Shown: piece by piece, positions 26,673 through 36,475 of the stretch
How the letters are laid out: each line of letters starts with the position of its first letter
Position numbering within the stretch: position 1 is the first letter of the stretch
Source: an uncultured Methanosarcinales archaeon
GTDB taxonomy: Archaea > Nanobdellota > Nanobdellia > Woesearchaeales > CAZOXR01
DNA: 41,642 bases
Reading direction: 5' to 3'
Assembly: GCA_964566535.1 (NCBI GenBank)
Contig: CAZMIO010000010.1
Location: 1 to 41,642 of the forward strand
Program-made: the position numbers and the translations under genes
The notes under the pieces: generated by a model
Seen by the model: the letters and a program-made list of their open reading frames with translations, nothing else
What the model was told of the DNA's origin: nothing
Database searches by the model: none

Positions 26673-28277
26673 ATGAGAATAAGAAACATACTTTTAATTG
26701 GATCTGTAATTTCAATTATATTAGTTCTTATATTTTCTATTGTGGTTTATATAAGCTTTAACAGAATAGCAGAAGAAAATGAAAGAGAATTAATAGCAAA
26801 CGGGGTTCATACAAGTGTTTCGGAGCTAACAATACTTATGAATGATTATTTGGCAGGAAGGACAGACAGAAGCATACAGCAATGGAACGCACGATATACT
26901 ACCTCAGCAGAGATCATTGAACCAAGAAGGGAAAAAGAATTAGAAACAATAAAATCAAGTTATGCAGATTTAAAACCTTTGTTTTTGCAGATAACTGATG
27001 GTAGGGCAGGATCAGAACTAGAAAGAAGACTTGTAGCTCAAGTATTAATAAAATCTCAGGCAATAATTACTGACTCTTCTCTTATAAGCAATGATGCGTA
27101 TAACAAAGCAATAGAAGCCCAAAAAACAGCAAACAATTCAATGATTATTGGTCTTATTATTCTTGTTATTGTTTTAATAGGTTTGTCATACTTTACTGCA
27201 AGAAGGATTGGCAAGCCAATTGGAAAGATAACAAAAGAAGTTCATGAGATAACAAAAGGTAATCTGGATATCCAGTTGGAAAAAAGCAATGTTACTGAGG
27301 TTCAGAACTTGACAAATTCACTCAATAGGATTTTAGCAAGTATGAAATTATCTATCTTGAGGACAGGTGCTTCAGGCTCTGATATTGGTTTAGGAGATGC
27401 AATCAAGGCTAAAGAAGAGTTTGAGAGGAAGTATAATATTTTATTTCAAGGTATTAGGGACCCTATCGTACTGGCGGATAGGGATACAAGGAACATTGTG
27501 AATGTTAATAAGGCTGCAGAACACGTTTTGGGTTATTCTAAGAAAGAATTGTTGTCAATGAAAATAGAACAGATACACCCAAAGGACTTTACTAAAAAAG
27601 TTATTCCGATGTTTAATGCATTTGCTGATGGTAAAGTAAAGGGGGTTGTACATCTTGATTTTTTAACTAAAAATAATAAGATAATCCCTGTCTCGGGAAA
27701 TATTGGTAAAGTTGAGATTGGGGATAAGGAGTACATACAAGGAATATTTAGGGATGTGTCTAAGGATAAGATAGTAGAAGAAACACTTAAGCAAGAGAAA
27801 GAGTTTTCACAGAGTGTTATGGATACAATTCCGTTTGGAATGGATATTGTTGATGAGGGATTTAACCTACTTTATGTAAATAAGATTTTTTCAAAATTGT
27901 TTGGTGATAAGTTATTAGGGAAAAAATGTTTTGAAGTATACAGAGATAATAAGAAACAGTGTAAGGATTGTCCAATGAGGAAAAAAGTCAAGGTTGGTGA
28001 AACAATGTCACTGATAACATCTGGAGTTGCTGGTGGGAGGACATTCAGGATAACTCATACTGGGTTCGTGCTGCCTGATGGAAGGAAAGCTATACTTGAG
28101 TTCTTTCAGGAGTTAACTGGAACTGATAAGGATAAGAAAGTTGGGAAGGAGATTGATAAGTTGGTTAAGAAGAAGGATTTTGAGAAAGCTGTTGAGAGAT
28201 TGCTTACGAGGTATAATGATATGCCTACTCAGAAAGAGATAGAAGAGGTTTTTGGTAAGGGGAAGGGTAAGAAATAG
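26673..28277 (+). CDS. Membrane sensor: TM-extracellular helical domain-TM-HAMP-PAS-PAS, with no kinase domain
   Basis: HAMP IGKPIGKIT...GNLD...EVQNLTNSLNRI; PAS VNKAAEHVLGYSKKELL...IFRDVS; second PAS GKKCFEV...CKDCP. Confidence 0.85.
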   Translation: MRIRNILLIGSVISIILVLIFSIVVYISFNRIAEENERELIANGVHTSVSELTILMNDYLAGRTDRSIQQWNARYTTSAEIIEPRREKELETIKSSYADLKPLFLQITDGRAGSELERRLVAQVLIKSQAIITDSSLISNDAYNKAIEAQKTANNSMIIGLIILVIVLIGLSYFTARRIGKPIGKITKEVHEITKGNLDIQLEKSNVTEVQNLTNSLNRILASMKLSILRTGASGSDIGLGDAIKAKEEFERKYNILFQGIRDPIVLADRDTRNIVNVNKAAEHVLGYSKKELLSMKIEQIHPKDFTKKVIPMFNAFADGKVKGVVHLDFLTKNNKIIPVSGNIGKVEIGDKEYIQGIFRDVSKDKIVEETLKQEKEFSQSVMDTIPFGMDIVDEGFNLLYVNKIFSKLFGDKLLGKKCFEVYRDNKKQCKDCPMRKKVKVGETMSLITSGVAGGRTFRITHTGFVLPDGRKAILEFFQELTGTDKDKKVGKEIDKLVKKKDFEKAVERLLTRYNDMPTQKEIEEVFGKGKGKK

Positions 28278-28319
28278 AAATATTTATATATAACCTTTAT
28301 ATATGTTATTATAACCTAA

Positions 28320-28922
28320 ATGGTGGTTATTTTGACTTTGAAGAAATTTTTAAAAAACAATAAGGATGCGAGAAAGATATTTGGAGAGAAAGAACTAAAG
28401 ATAGTGTTCAAGCAATTGGAAGGGATTACATTGACTCAGTCAGAAAAGAATAGATTGAGTAGGGATGTAAGGCCTAAATTGGAATTTATTAGGGAGATAA
28501 ATGAGTTTAGGGATGAGTTTAAACTGAAAAAAGATCAAGATAATAAAAAGATGATTGATAAAGCTGTTGAATTGATATTGGAGGATGAATTGAAGGATAA
28601 AGTTAGAGCAGTGCTTTTGTTTGGGTCGCATTCAAGAGGTATTGTTACTCCAAGATCTGATGTGGATGTTTGTGTTGTGTTTGATAATATTGAAAGAAGC
28701 GAATCTGGAAGGTTTAGATTAAGAATTTTAAGTGACCTTCCTGATAAATTTGATATTCAAACTTTTAATACTTTGCCTCAAAAGATTAAAAGGGATATTG
28801 CAAGGAATCATAAGGTTTTGTTTAAGGGTAATGATTTTGATAATACTGATTTTACGATACAATATCTTAAGGATGAAGATTATTTTTTGAGGATGAAGAG
28901 AATTTTTGGTGAAGCTGCGTGA
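28320..28922 (+). CDS. mntA: MNT nucleotidyltransferase antitoxin with N-terminal helical domain
   Basis: LFGSHSRGIVTPRSDVDV (GS-x10-DxD); overlaps the HEPN gene by GTGA. Confidence 0.88.
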   Translation: MVVILTLKKFLKNNKDARKIFGEKELKIVFKQLEGITLTQSEKNRLSRDVRPKLEFIREINEFRDEFKLKKDQDNKKMIDKAVELILEDELKDKVRAVLLFGSHSRGIVTPRSDVDVCVVFDNIERSESGRFRLRILSDLPDKFDIQTFNTLPQKIKRDIARNHKVLFKGNDFDNTDFTIQYLKDEDYFLRMKRIFGEAA

Positions 28923-29323
28923 GTAGGACAAATGATAAAATAGATGAGATTGTTAGGTATTTGGGTGAGTTGGGTGATATTGCTCCGGATACATTTAATA
29001 AGTATAAAAATAATTTAGAGAAAAAGGCGGCATGTGAACGGTATTTTGAAAAGATTGTTGAGTCGGTGACTGATCTGGCTTTTAGTGTGATTACAACTAA
29101 AAAGTTTGAGATTCCGGAAGATGATATTGGTGCATTTGATATCTTACTGAAGAATAAGGTTATCAAGGAAGAATTAGCCAGTAAGTTGAAGAATGCTAAG
29201 GGAATGAGGAATATTATTTCCCATCAATATGGGAAAGTTGACGATGAGATTGTTTTTGAGGCGATTACAAAAGAATTGGATGGTGATGTAAAGAAATTTG
29301 TTAAAATTGTTAAAAATATTTAA
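28919..29323 (+). CDS. hepT: HEPN (DUF86) RNase toxin
   Basis: MRNIISHQY (R-x4-H-x-Y). Confidence 0.9.
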   Translation: MSRTNDKIDEIVRYLGELGDIAPDTFNKYKNNLEKKAACERYFEKIVESVTDLAFSVITTKKFEIPEDDIGAFDILLKNKVIKEELASKLKNAKGMRNIISHQYGKVDDEIVFEAITKELDGDVKKFVKIVKNI

Positions 29324-29332
29324 GGTGAAAAA

Positions 29333-29743
29333 ATGGTATTCATGGAATGGAAGGAAAAGTATAGCGTTAAGGTAAAGAAGATTGATGATCAACATAAGAA
29401 ATTGTTTAAGTTGATTAATTGCTTTCATGATGCTGAAGCTGAATGTAAGGGTAGGAAGGGGTCAATGGATGCTATTAATGCCATGCTTGAGTATGCTCGT
29501 GTTCATTTTAGTACTGAGGAAGGATATTTTGAGAAATTTATTTTTCCTGGGGCTAAGGCGCATATTAAAGAACATGAAGCGTTTACAAAGAAGGCAATTA
29601 GGCTTTATGATAATTTTAAGGGGACGAAAGGAGATGTATCAAAAGAAATGTTGGATTATCTTAAGGAGTGGTGGACAAATCATGTTACTAAGGTTGACCG
29701 AGGGTATATGAAGTGTTTTAGTGATAATGCATTGAAGAGATAG
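29333..29743 (+). CDS. Bacteriohemerythrin
   Basis: IDDQH, HFSTEE, HIKEH, WWTNHVTKVD iron ligands. Confidence 0.92.
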   Translation: MVFMEWKEKYSVKVKKIDDQHKKLFKLINCFHDAEAECKGRKGSMDAINAMLEYARVHFSTEEGYFEKFIFPGAKAHIKEHEAFTKKAIRLYDNFKGTKGDVSKEMLDYLKEWWTNHVTKVDRGYMKCFSDNALKR

Positions 29744-29925
29744 TCGTATTCTTCTGGATCTGTATCTAGTTTTTTTGTGTAATCTGAATAGGACTTCGAG
29801 TTAGTTTCATGAAGTCTGAGGTTTATCCTTCTATCAACAAAGTTGTCTTTGTATTGGTATAGATCAAGACCACGTTCTTTCTTTACCTTGTCTTTGATTA
29901 TCTTCAGTTCTCTTGGGTTGATCAT
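29680..29925 (-). pseudogene. Truncated CheR-like methyltransferase (N-terminal helical domain only)
   Basis: GLDLYQYKDNFVDRRINLRL...EEYDYLFNALS, then no T-x-FFR motif or SAM domain; runs antisense into the hemerythrin gene. Confidence 0.75.
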
Positions 29926-30032
29926 AAGCTAATTTTAAGTGTAATCATATTAAAATGTTGTTATAATCTAAATGAATCTGTAAAATAGAATAATTTATAT
30001 ATAAACTGTCTCAGTAGTGATATAGTATAAAA

Positions 30033-30959
30033 ATGCCGCCAAAAAAGAGTGATACTGGTTTTGACATGAGTAAGATCAAGGCCGAAATAGCTAAAGAGAT
30101 AAAGACTGGTAAGATTGAAAAGCATGAAGGCCAGATTAAAGAGCAGAGGGCCCCTGTAGAGCATTCTTTCTTGAAAGATGGGGCAAAAACTGTTAAGAAA
30201 GGTATTAAGGGCAAAAAAGAAAAAGCTCATATTCTAACTGGCGTTCCTGGATTTGATGATCTGTTTGATAAAGGCGTTCCGAAGGGGTATGCTGTTCTTG
30301 TAGCAGGTGGTGCTGGTTCTGGGAAAACTATTTTATGTTTACAAACGCTTAATTATCATGCATCTCGTGGAGAAAAATGCTTTTATATGAGCTTTGAAGA
30401 GTCTGAGAAGAGATTAAAAGAGCATATGGAAGAGTTTGGGTGGGATGCAGATTCGATGATTAAAGATGGTAACTTAGCTGTAAAAAGGATGAGTCCTTTT
30501 GAGATGACTAGGAATGTTGAAGGTATGCTTGAGAAGGAGAAGGGGGAGTTGCTAATAGATATACAGCCAGTTATTCTGCCAGAAGGGTTTAAACCTGATT
30601 TTATCGTTGTTGATTCATTGACTGCTATTGCATCTGCTTTTACTGGAAGAACAGAGAGCTATAGAATCTATATTGAGCAGTTATTCAGATTTTTTGAGAA
30701 ATTGGGTGCGACTGCTTTTTTAATAACAGAGACAAAGCAGATTCCTGAGATATTCTCTACAACTGGTGTTGAGGAATTTTTAGCTGATGGAGTAATTGTT
30801 CTTTATAATATTAAGAGGGGAGATGTTAGAGAGAATGCCATTGAAGTGTTGAAGATGAGGGGGGAGAAACATCAGAAAAAGATAGTTGCAATGCAGATTA
30901 CTGATGAAGGTGTTGTCGTTTATCCAGAACAGGAAGTTTTTGGCGGTCTTGGAGACTAA
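30033..30959 (+). CDS. KaiC/GvpD/RAD55-family RecA-like ATPase (single domain)
   Basis: TGVPGFDDL, GGAGSGKT, SFEES, VVDS, EEFLADG, KMRG. Confidence 0.92.
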   Translation: MPPKKSDTGFDMSKIKAEIAKEIKTGKIEKHEGQIKEQRAPVEHSFLKDGAKTVKKGIKGKKEKAHILTGVPGFDDLFDKGVPKGYAVLVAGGAGSGKTILCLQTLNYHASRGEKCFYMSFEESEKRLKEHMEEFGWDADSMIKDGNLAVKRMSPFEMTRNVEGMLEKEKGELLIDIQPVILPEGFKPDFIVVDSLTAIASAFTGRTESYRIYIEQLFRFFEKLGATAFLITETKQIPEIFSTTGVEEFLADGVIVLYNIKRGDVRENAIEVLKMRGEKHQKKIVAMQITDEGVVVYPEQEVFGGLGD

Positions 30960-30986
30960 GTTAGTTCTTAAGGTTTATTTGGTTGT

Positions 30987-31544
30987 TTAAACAGTATATT
31001 CAAATCTAATTAAGAGTTTATTTCCTTTTATATTATACCAGATTAGGAATGTTGCTACAGCACCTACTATGCCTATGATAAACGAAAGTAGTGAGAAGTT
31101 GAAGATAGAGGTTATTATATTGTCTGATGCTTGGCTTATGAAGAATATTGTGAATGGGATTGAGGACATTGCGAATGCTGCTCCAACCACTATGTCCAAT
31201 GGGATGTTTTTTATCTCTTTATTTAGGAATATGTAGAATAGTTCGAATATTATCCCTGCTATAGTAAAAATAATTACTTTGTTCCAACCTGTACTAAGAA
31301 GGAAATTTGATTGGACTGCAATTGTTGAGCCCACTAAGCAGAATAGGGTAACTGCTCCTGCTTTTTTAATTAGGAATGCAGTGAAGACAATAAATACTGT
31401 TGTAATGAATAATGAGAAGAGGAACCCTAACTCACTATCTGAGTTTGTCGATACTGATGTGATTATGACCCATAGGATAGCTAAAATTATTATTGCTATG
31501 TAATCAATTCTTCTAAATGGCTTGAAGTTCTCAATTGGTTTCAT
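30987..31544 (-). CDS. Multi-pass (about 6 TM) membrane protein
   Basis: Hydrophobic helices throughout. Confidence 0.75.
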   Translation of the reverse strand: MKPIENFKPFRRIDYIAIIILAILWVIITSVSTNSDSELGFLFSLFITTVFIVFTAFLIKKAGAVTLFCLVGSTIAVQSNFLLSTGWNKVIIFTIAGIIFELFYIFLNKEIKNIPLDIVVGAAFAMSSIPFTIFFISQASDNIITSIFNFSLLSFIIGIVGAVATFLIWYNIKGNKLLIRFEYTV

Positions 31545-31565
31545 CTTAAGGCTATCAGATTGTTT

Positions 31566-32648
31566 CTAGATGATTCTCTTCATCTTTTCTATTTTATCTA
31601 ATCTGGCTTGAACTACTGGTAGTTGACGTTTAATCTGAAGTTTCTTTTCTTTATAATTGGCCATCTTGGCTTCATAAGTTTGCTTGGCTATAGTTCCTGT
31701 TGAGTATCTATCTGATTGTGCTTTTTTCATTAAATCAGTTAGGACTTCTTGTTCGACTTTTAGGTCGTCTAATTTTCTTTGCAAGACATTTACCATTATT
31801 CTGTTGTAAGATAGCAAGAGGATAATTGTGAAGATTACTAAACCTATTATTATGCCAATGTAGTGTTCTTTTATGAAATTGATAGTTGTTTCTTTTCCAG
31901 CTCTGTAAATTGTTTTTACTAGAGTATTTTCTGATTCGATATCCTCTATAAGTGGTTCTATCTCATTTAGCATAATAAGTGCAGTATCATATCTTTCTTC
32001 ATCGAATTCTGTCTTTGCGTTAGCAAGCTTCTCAGTAACGAGAGTGGCGTTAATATCTGATTCTTCGAACTTTTTGACTGTTGTTCCGGCTATGCTAATC
32101 AAATCTATTATTTCGAAAGCTTCAATTTTTCTATTGTTTATTGCTTTTGTTTTTTCTAAAACGATCTCATAGTCAACAGGGATTCCAATCTTTCTTTGGG
32201 CCTCTAGTAATAGTTCTCTTGCTTTTTCTCTACTCTGCCTGTCTCTTATTTTATCTATATCGTCTAATAAAGCTGTATAGTCTTCTCCTTCGAAATGTTT
32301 CCTAGCTTCTATTAATGCGTCTTGTACCCATGTTACTCCAAATCCTGCTTCAAACATCTCCTGCATATCTCTTTGCGCTTGTAAGATTGCATTCTGGGCT
32401 AATTCTTTTGAAACGTTTATATAAGAGATAGAATCATAATCAATGATTACCACTGGTTCATCTCCGACTATGGTTGGTTCTAGAACAACAGCTCCTGTAA
32501 TGGATGCTTCGAATACTTGTGTTTGAGATGTGTCTGATAAAAGTAGTATTGAGACTAGGCCGACGATTATTATGCTGAAACAAATGGCATACATCTCTTT
32601 TTCTTTTTCTATATCTGTTTTGTTATCTCTTTTGTTTTTTTTACTCAT
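31566..32648 (-). CDS. Two-TM helical/coiled-coil membrane protein
   Basis: N-terminal TM, helical region, second TM, cytoplasmic coiled coil homologous to that of the 957-aa protein. Confidence 0.75.
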   Translation of the reverse strand: MSKKNKRDNKTDIEKEKEMYAICFSIIIVGLVSILLLSDTSQTQVFEASITGAVVLEPTIVGDEPVVIIDYDSISYINVSKELAQNAILQAQRDMQEMFEAGFGVTWVQDALIEARKHFEGEDYTALLDDIDKIRDRQSREKARELLLEAQRKIGIPVDYEIVLEKTKAINNRKIEAFEIIDLISIAGTTVKKFEESDINATLVTEKLANAKTEFDEERYDTALIMLNEIEPLIEDIESENTLVKTIYRAGKETTINFIKEHYIGIIIGLVIFTIILLLSYNRIMVNVLQRKLDDLKVEQEVLTDLMKKAQSDRYSTGTIAKQTYEAKMANYKEKKLQIKRQLPVVQARLDKIEKMKRII

Positions 32649-32661
32649 TTTTTTCGATACC

Positions 32662-33465
32662 TTATTCGTTCTTTATCAACAGCCTATTCATATTATCACG
32701 GGGAATGTCCTTTTTAAAGATTCCTTTTAATCTATGCCAAAATCTGGGATCTTTGAATTCTTTTCCAATTAGACTGCCTGCTAATTTTCTGTATTCTACT
32801 GCAGCATTTGCTTTAGGTTTGTATAATGCAACTGGTGTTGTCTTAAAAATAGATTCTGGAACTTTGAAGTCATGTGGTATGACTGAAAGTACTGGAAGTC
32901 CTGACGCTTTTTCTACATCATCAACACTTAACTCATATTTCTTGTTTCTAACTCTGGTTAGGACCATCCCTGTAATTGGTGTTTTCTTCTGTTTTGCTAA
33001 TCTTACTGCTCTTAGTGTTGTGCTTAATGTAGGGTAGTCTGGCGAAGAGATTATTAGTAATTCGTCTGCTGCTGTCATTGTTGCTAAAATTTCTTTATTT
33101 AAGTTAGGACTCGAATCGATTAATATTATATCATGGTGGTCCTTTAGATGAGTAATCTTTTTCTTTAGTTTGAAGGGATTTATCTTCTTTGACACATATG
33201 CAGAAGGTATTACATGGAATCCTGCTTCATGGTTGTAGATAGCGTCGTTTACTTCTGCTCTTTCCCTTAACACTTCATGTATAGTTATCTCTGGATCAAT
33301 CAGTCCAAGATGCAATGCAAGATTTGGTGCTGTGAAGTTTGCATCTATTACTAATACTTTTTTGTTGAAGTCTTTTGTCAGACTTGCGCCTAAATTAGCT
33401 ACAGTTGTTGTCTTGCCAACTCCCCCTTTTAATGATATAATACCAATGATTTTTCCTTTTCCCAT
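32662..33465 (-). CDS. MinD/ParA-family ATPase
   Basis: KGGVGKTT, IDANFTAPNL, IILIDSSP; GAGGTG RBS. Confidence 0.92.
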   Translation of the reverse strand: MGKGKIIGIISLKGGVGKTTTVANLGASLTKDFNKKVLVIDANFTAPNLALHLGLIDPEITIHEVLRERAEVNDAIYNHEAGFHVIPSAYVSKKINPFKLKKKITHLKDHHDIILIDSSPNLNKEILATMTAADELLIISSPDYPTLSTTLRAVRLAKQKKTPITGMVLTRVRNKKYELSVDDVEKASGLPVLSVIPHDFKVPESIFKTTPVALYKPKANAAVEYRKLAGSLIGKEFKDPRFWHRLKGIFKKDIPRDNMNRLLIKNE

Positions 33466-33498
33466 TTTTTATACACCTCACGTTTATTTTTGTTTAAA

Positions 33499-33624
33499 TG
33501 TCGGAATTCCACCAATCTATGATTGGTGGTCAGGGTGGAATTCTGAGCATGCTCAAAAACCACCTGAATCAGGTTAGCTACGCTACACGCATGCCGCCCA
33601 TTTATTGATGGGTGGTTTTTGACA
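33499..33624 (-). repeat. Composite palindromic element, copy upstream of minD
   Basis: Homologous to 22656-22800 and 23620-23897; encodes the last codons and stop of the 957-aa gene. Confidence 0.85.
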
Positions 33625-36475
33625 ATTTATTTTTTTCGGAGCTATTTTTGTCAAATGCCCCTTTGAGACCATTTAGTATATCTCCTTTTTGTTGAGCTTT
33701 AGATTTAGGAATTATTTTGTTAACTTTTATTTCTGGCTTAAGATTTGGTAACGGTTGCATGTTGGTTGGTTCTATTATTTCACTTGTTTCTTTTTTTAGG
33801 ATTCTTGGTTCATTTGTTAAAAATCTGTTTCTTATTGGTAGTCCGGTTTTTAGCGGGTTTAAGTCGTCATCGTTGTGGATAGGTTTGGATAAGATACTTG
33901 GTTCAGTTTTCTTTTCTACATCATCTATTTTCATCTCTCTTCGTAAACTGTTTAGAATTGTTCCTTTATTTGACGATATGGTGACTGGTTTGGGGACTAT
34001 TGTTTTCTCCCTTTGTTCTTTTAATCTTTTAGTTTCCCTGTGCTCAATTATCCTTTCTTTTAATGTTTTTATTGAGGATTTAGGTGGGTTTATTGGTCTT
34101 GGTTTAATCTTAATTTCTTTTGGCCCTAACTCTTTTCTAATGATGTCATTTTGTAAGCTGTCTAGTACTGTTGCTTTGTCTTTGGCTGGAGCAAATTCCT
34201 TGAACCTTTCTTCTCTCAGTCTTTCTGCTCTTTGTTTGTATCTGTTTAATTGTTGTGTTGTGCTTTCTTTATTTAGGTCTTTTTTGATGATGTCATTTTG
34301 TAAGCTGCTGAGCACAGAATCTTTAGGTTGTGATTTGGCAATTACTCTTAGATTCTCTCTGCTAGGGCTAATTGTTTTTACTGGTTTTCTTATAGTTGGT
34401 TTTTGTTGTGTTGTGCTTTCAGTTACTGCCCTTAATTGTTCTCCTAAAGTTCTCTTTCTTCTTGTTTCCCTTATCTCTTCTATGTCTCTTATTCTTTCTT
34501 CTCTGCTCTTTTCCTCTAGGATTCTTTTTGGTCTTAATTTAAATTCTTTCTTTTTCTCTTCTAATTTTCTTTCCTGTCTTACTGAGTCTACATTAAATTC
34601 CCTTTGTAAGCTAGTAAGTACTGTGTCTTTCTTTTGAGATTGGGCGAATGTTTTTGTTTGTTTGACTAAATCGTTGACAGTTGTAGGCGTCCTTCTTTCT
34701 GATTCTTGAACTCTTTTGTCAATTTGGTCTACTTGGTATCTCTCTAATTTCTCAAGTTCTTTTCTTTTTTCATAAAGTTCTTTTATTAGGTCGTGAGTTC
34801 TGGTTTTGTTTTCCGGGGAGAGTTTGTTGTAGGTGTTGAGGACATCTTTATAGACTGTTCGTGCTCTTTGGAAGTTAGAATCTGAGAGGGCTTCTTTTGC
34901 GTCAATTATTCTTTGCTTTATGAATTCTACATTATTTACGTCATGCCTTGCTTTTTGGACTAACTTTTCTTGTCCAGGGATTGGTTTTATTTCTTTGTTT
35001 AGCCTTGCTATAACATCTTCTGATAAAGGTGATTTATCAGCAGATTCTCTGATTTTTTCTTCAATCTGGTCCAACTGAGTCTTTGATAGTCTTCCTGTTT
35101 GTATGTCTTGTTGGTAGTCTTCCCTATCTTTTTGTTTCTCTGATTTTTCTCCTTCTTTTTGTTCTTTGCCCTCTTCTTCTTTTCTCTTCCTTTCCTCTTC
35201 TTTTCTCCTTTTGTCCTCTTCTTTTTTCTTCCCTTCTAGTTCTTCCCTTCTCTTCTTTACTATGTCTCTGTCTCCTTTTTCTTTGCTTTCTAGTTCTTTT
35301 CTTTTATCATAGATCTCTTTTACTGCTGCATGAGTCTTTCTTTTATCTTCTGGTGGAAGGCTGGTATAAACCTCAAGGACATCGTCGTAGATATCTTTGG
35401 CTTTTTCTAGATCATATTTTGAGAGTGCTTCTTTTGCATCTTCTATTCTTTTGTTGATGAACTCTACTTTATCTGCTCCAGGTGCAGGTTTGGTTTGTAG
35501 TGTTTTAGGTTGTAGTATTCTGGCTTGTATTTTTCTTGAAGTGGTCTTGATGGCTTCGATAATTTTGCCTATTTTGTTCTTTGGTTTAAGCCCTTCTTTC
35601 TTAGAACTGGTTTCTTTTAACTCCTCTAATTTTTCTTTTTTAGCTAATTTAGTTTCAAGTACAACAATTGATTTTTCTATCTCAGTTCTTCTTATCTTGT
35701 ATTCATTATTTCTTCTTTCATACTGTCTTTTAGTTAGGTTTTGTTTATTGTAATATGAATCTTGTAACGCCTTTGTCTTTTCTACAACGTTTCCATCTTC
35801 TTTCTTAAGAATCTCAATTTCATTAGCGGTTTTGATTATTCCTGCTCTCCTACTTCTTAACCTTGTTCTTGATTGACCTATGTTACTTAACCGCTTCTCA
35901 TAACTGGCCATTTGCTTATGATACTCTGGAACAGAGAGCTCTTTTTTCTTGTACGTTTTTTCTTGTAGTTCTATGATTAGCTTGTTAATTGTCGAATCTT
36001 CTTTGTCTAGATCTTCTATTTTCCTTTCTATAAGAGTTAGTGCTAATTTTTTGTATACTATTGATCCTCCTGCTGAGAGCAATAGTAGGACTATCAGAAC
36101 TGCCCACCAGTACGTTTTTAAGAACCATAATATGTTGAATTTGCCTTTTGAAATTAGTAAGTAAGTTAGTTGTGCATCTTGGGCTCTTTTTAGCGCGGTT
36201 TCGAAGTCTTCTCTTTCGAAAGCGGCAACGGCTAAGTTTAGGAATCTTTCTGCTTCGTCTACGTTAATTCCTCTTTCTTTTGATTTTCTGATTCCTTCTT
36301 TTATTTCATTTATGAGTTTGTTGGCTTCGAAAGCAGCAGCTTTCATCCTTATGATCTTATCACTTAGCTCTTTTGCTTTGTTGAAATCTCGGTCTTCAAA
36401 TGCTTGCTTTGCATCATTTAGATATTGGGTTGCCTTGACCATTGCCCTTCCCACTTTATCTTTTGATAATCTCAT
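33602..36475 (-). CDS. Large single-TM charged coiled-coil protein with internal repeats
   Basis: TM YWWAVLIVLLLLSAGG; two ~60-aa helical repeats; five K-x-x-[VI]-L-x-[SG]-L motifs. Confidence 0.75.
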   Translation of the reverse strand: MRLSKDKVGRAMVKATQYLNDAKQAFEDRDFNKAKELSDKIIRMKAAAFEANKLINEIKEGIRKSKERGINVDEAERFLNLAVAAFEREDFETALKRAQDAQLTYLLISKGKFNILWFLKTYWWAVLIVLLLLSAGGSIVYKKLALTLIERKIEDLDKEDSTINKLIIELQEKTYKKKELSVPEYHKQMASYEKRLSNIGQSRTRLRSRRAGIIKTANEIEILKKEDGNVVEKTKALQDSYYNKQNLTKRQYERRNNEYKIRRTEIEKSIVVLETKLAKKEKLEELKETSSKKEGLKPKNKIGKIIEAIKTTSRKIQARILQPKTLQTKPAPGADKVEFINKRIEDAKEALSKYDLEKAKDIYDDVLEVYTSLPPEDKRKTHAAVKEIYDKRKELESKEKGDRDIVKKRREELEGKKKEEDKRRKEEERKRKEEEGKEQKEGEKSEKQKDREDYQQDIQTGRLSKTQLDQIEEKIRESADKSPLSEDVIARLNKEIKPIPGQEKLVQKARHDVNNVEFIKQRIIDAKEALSDSNFQRARTVYKDVLNTYNKLSPENKTRTHDLIKELYEKRKELEKLERYQVDQIDKRVQESERRTPTTVNDLVKQTKTFAQSQKKDTVLTSLQREFNVDSVRQERKLEEKKKEFKLRPKRILEEKSREERIRDIEEIRETRRKRTLGEQLRAVTESTTQQKPTIRKPVKTISPSRENLRVIAKSQPKDSVLSSLQNDIIKKDLNKESTTQQLNRYKQRAERLREERFKEFAPAKDKATVLDSLQNDIIRKELGPKEIKIKPRPINPPKSSIKTLKERIIEHRETKRLKEQREKTIVPKPVTISSNKGTILNSLRREMKIDDVEKKTEPSILSKPIHNDDDLNPLKTGLPIRNRFLTNEPRILKKETSEIIEPTNMQPLPNLKPEIKVNKIIPKSKAQQKGDILNGLKGAFDKNSSEKNKLSKTTHQ

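Noticed and set aside
33717..35753. Long plus-strand ORFs (306, 124 and 118 aa) and similar antisense ORFs elsewhere
   Set aside because: They are F/L/S-rich shadows of K/E-rich genes on the opposite strand.
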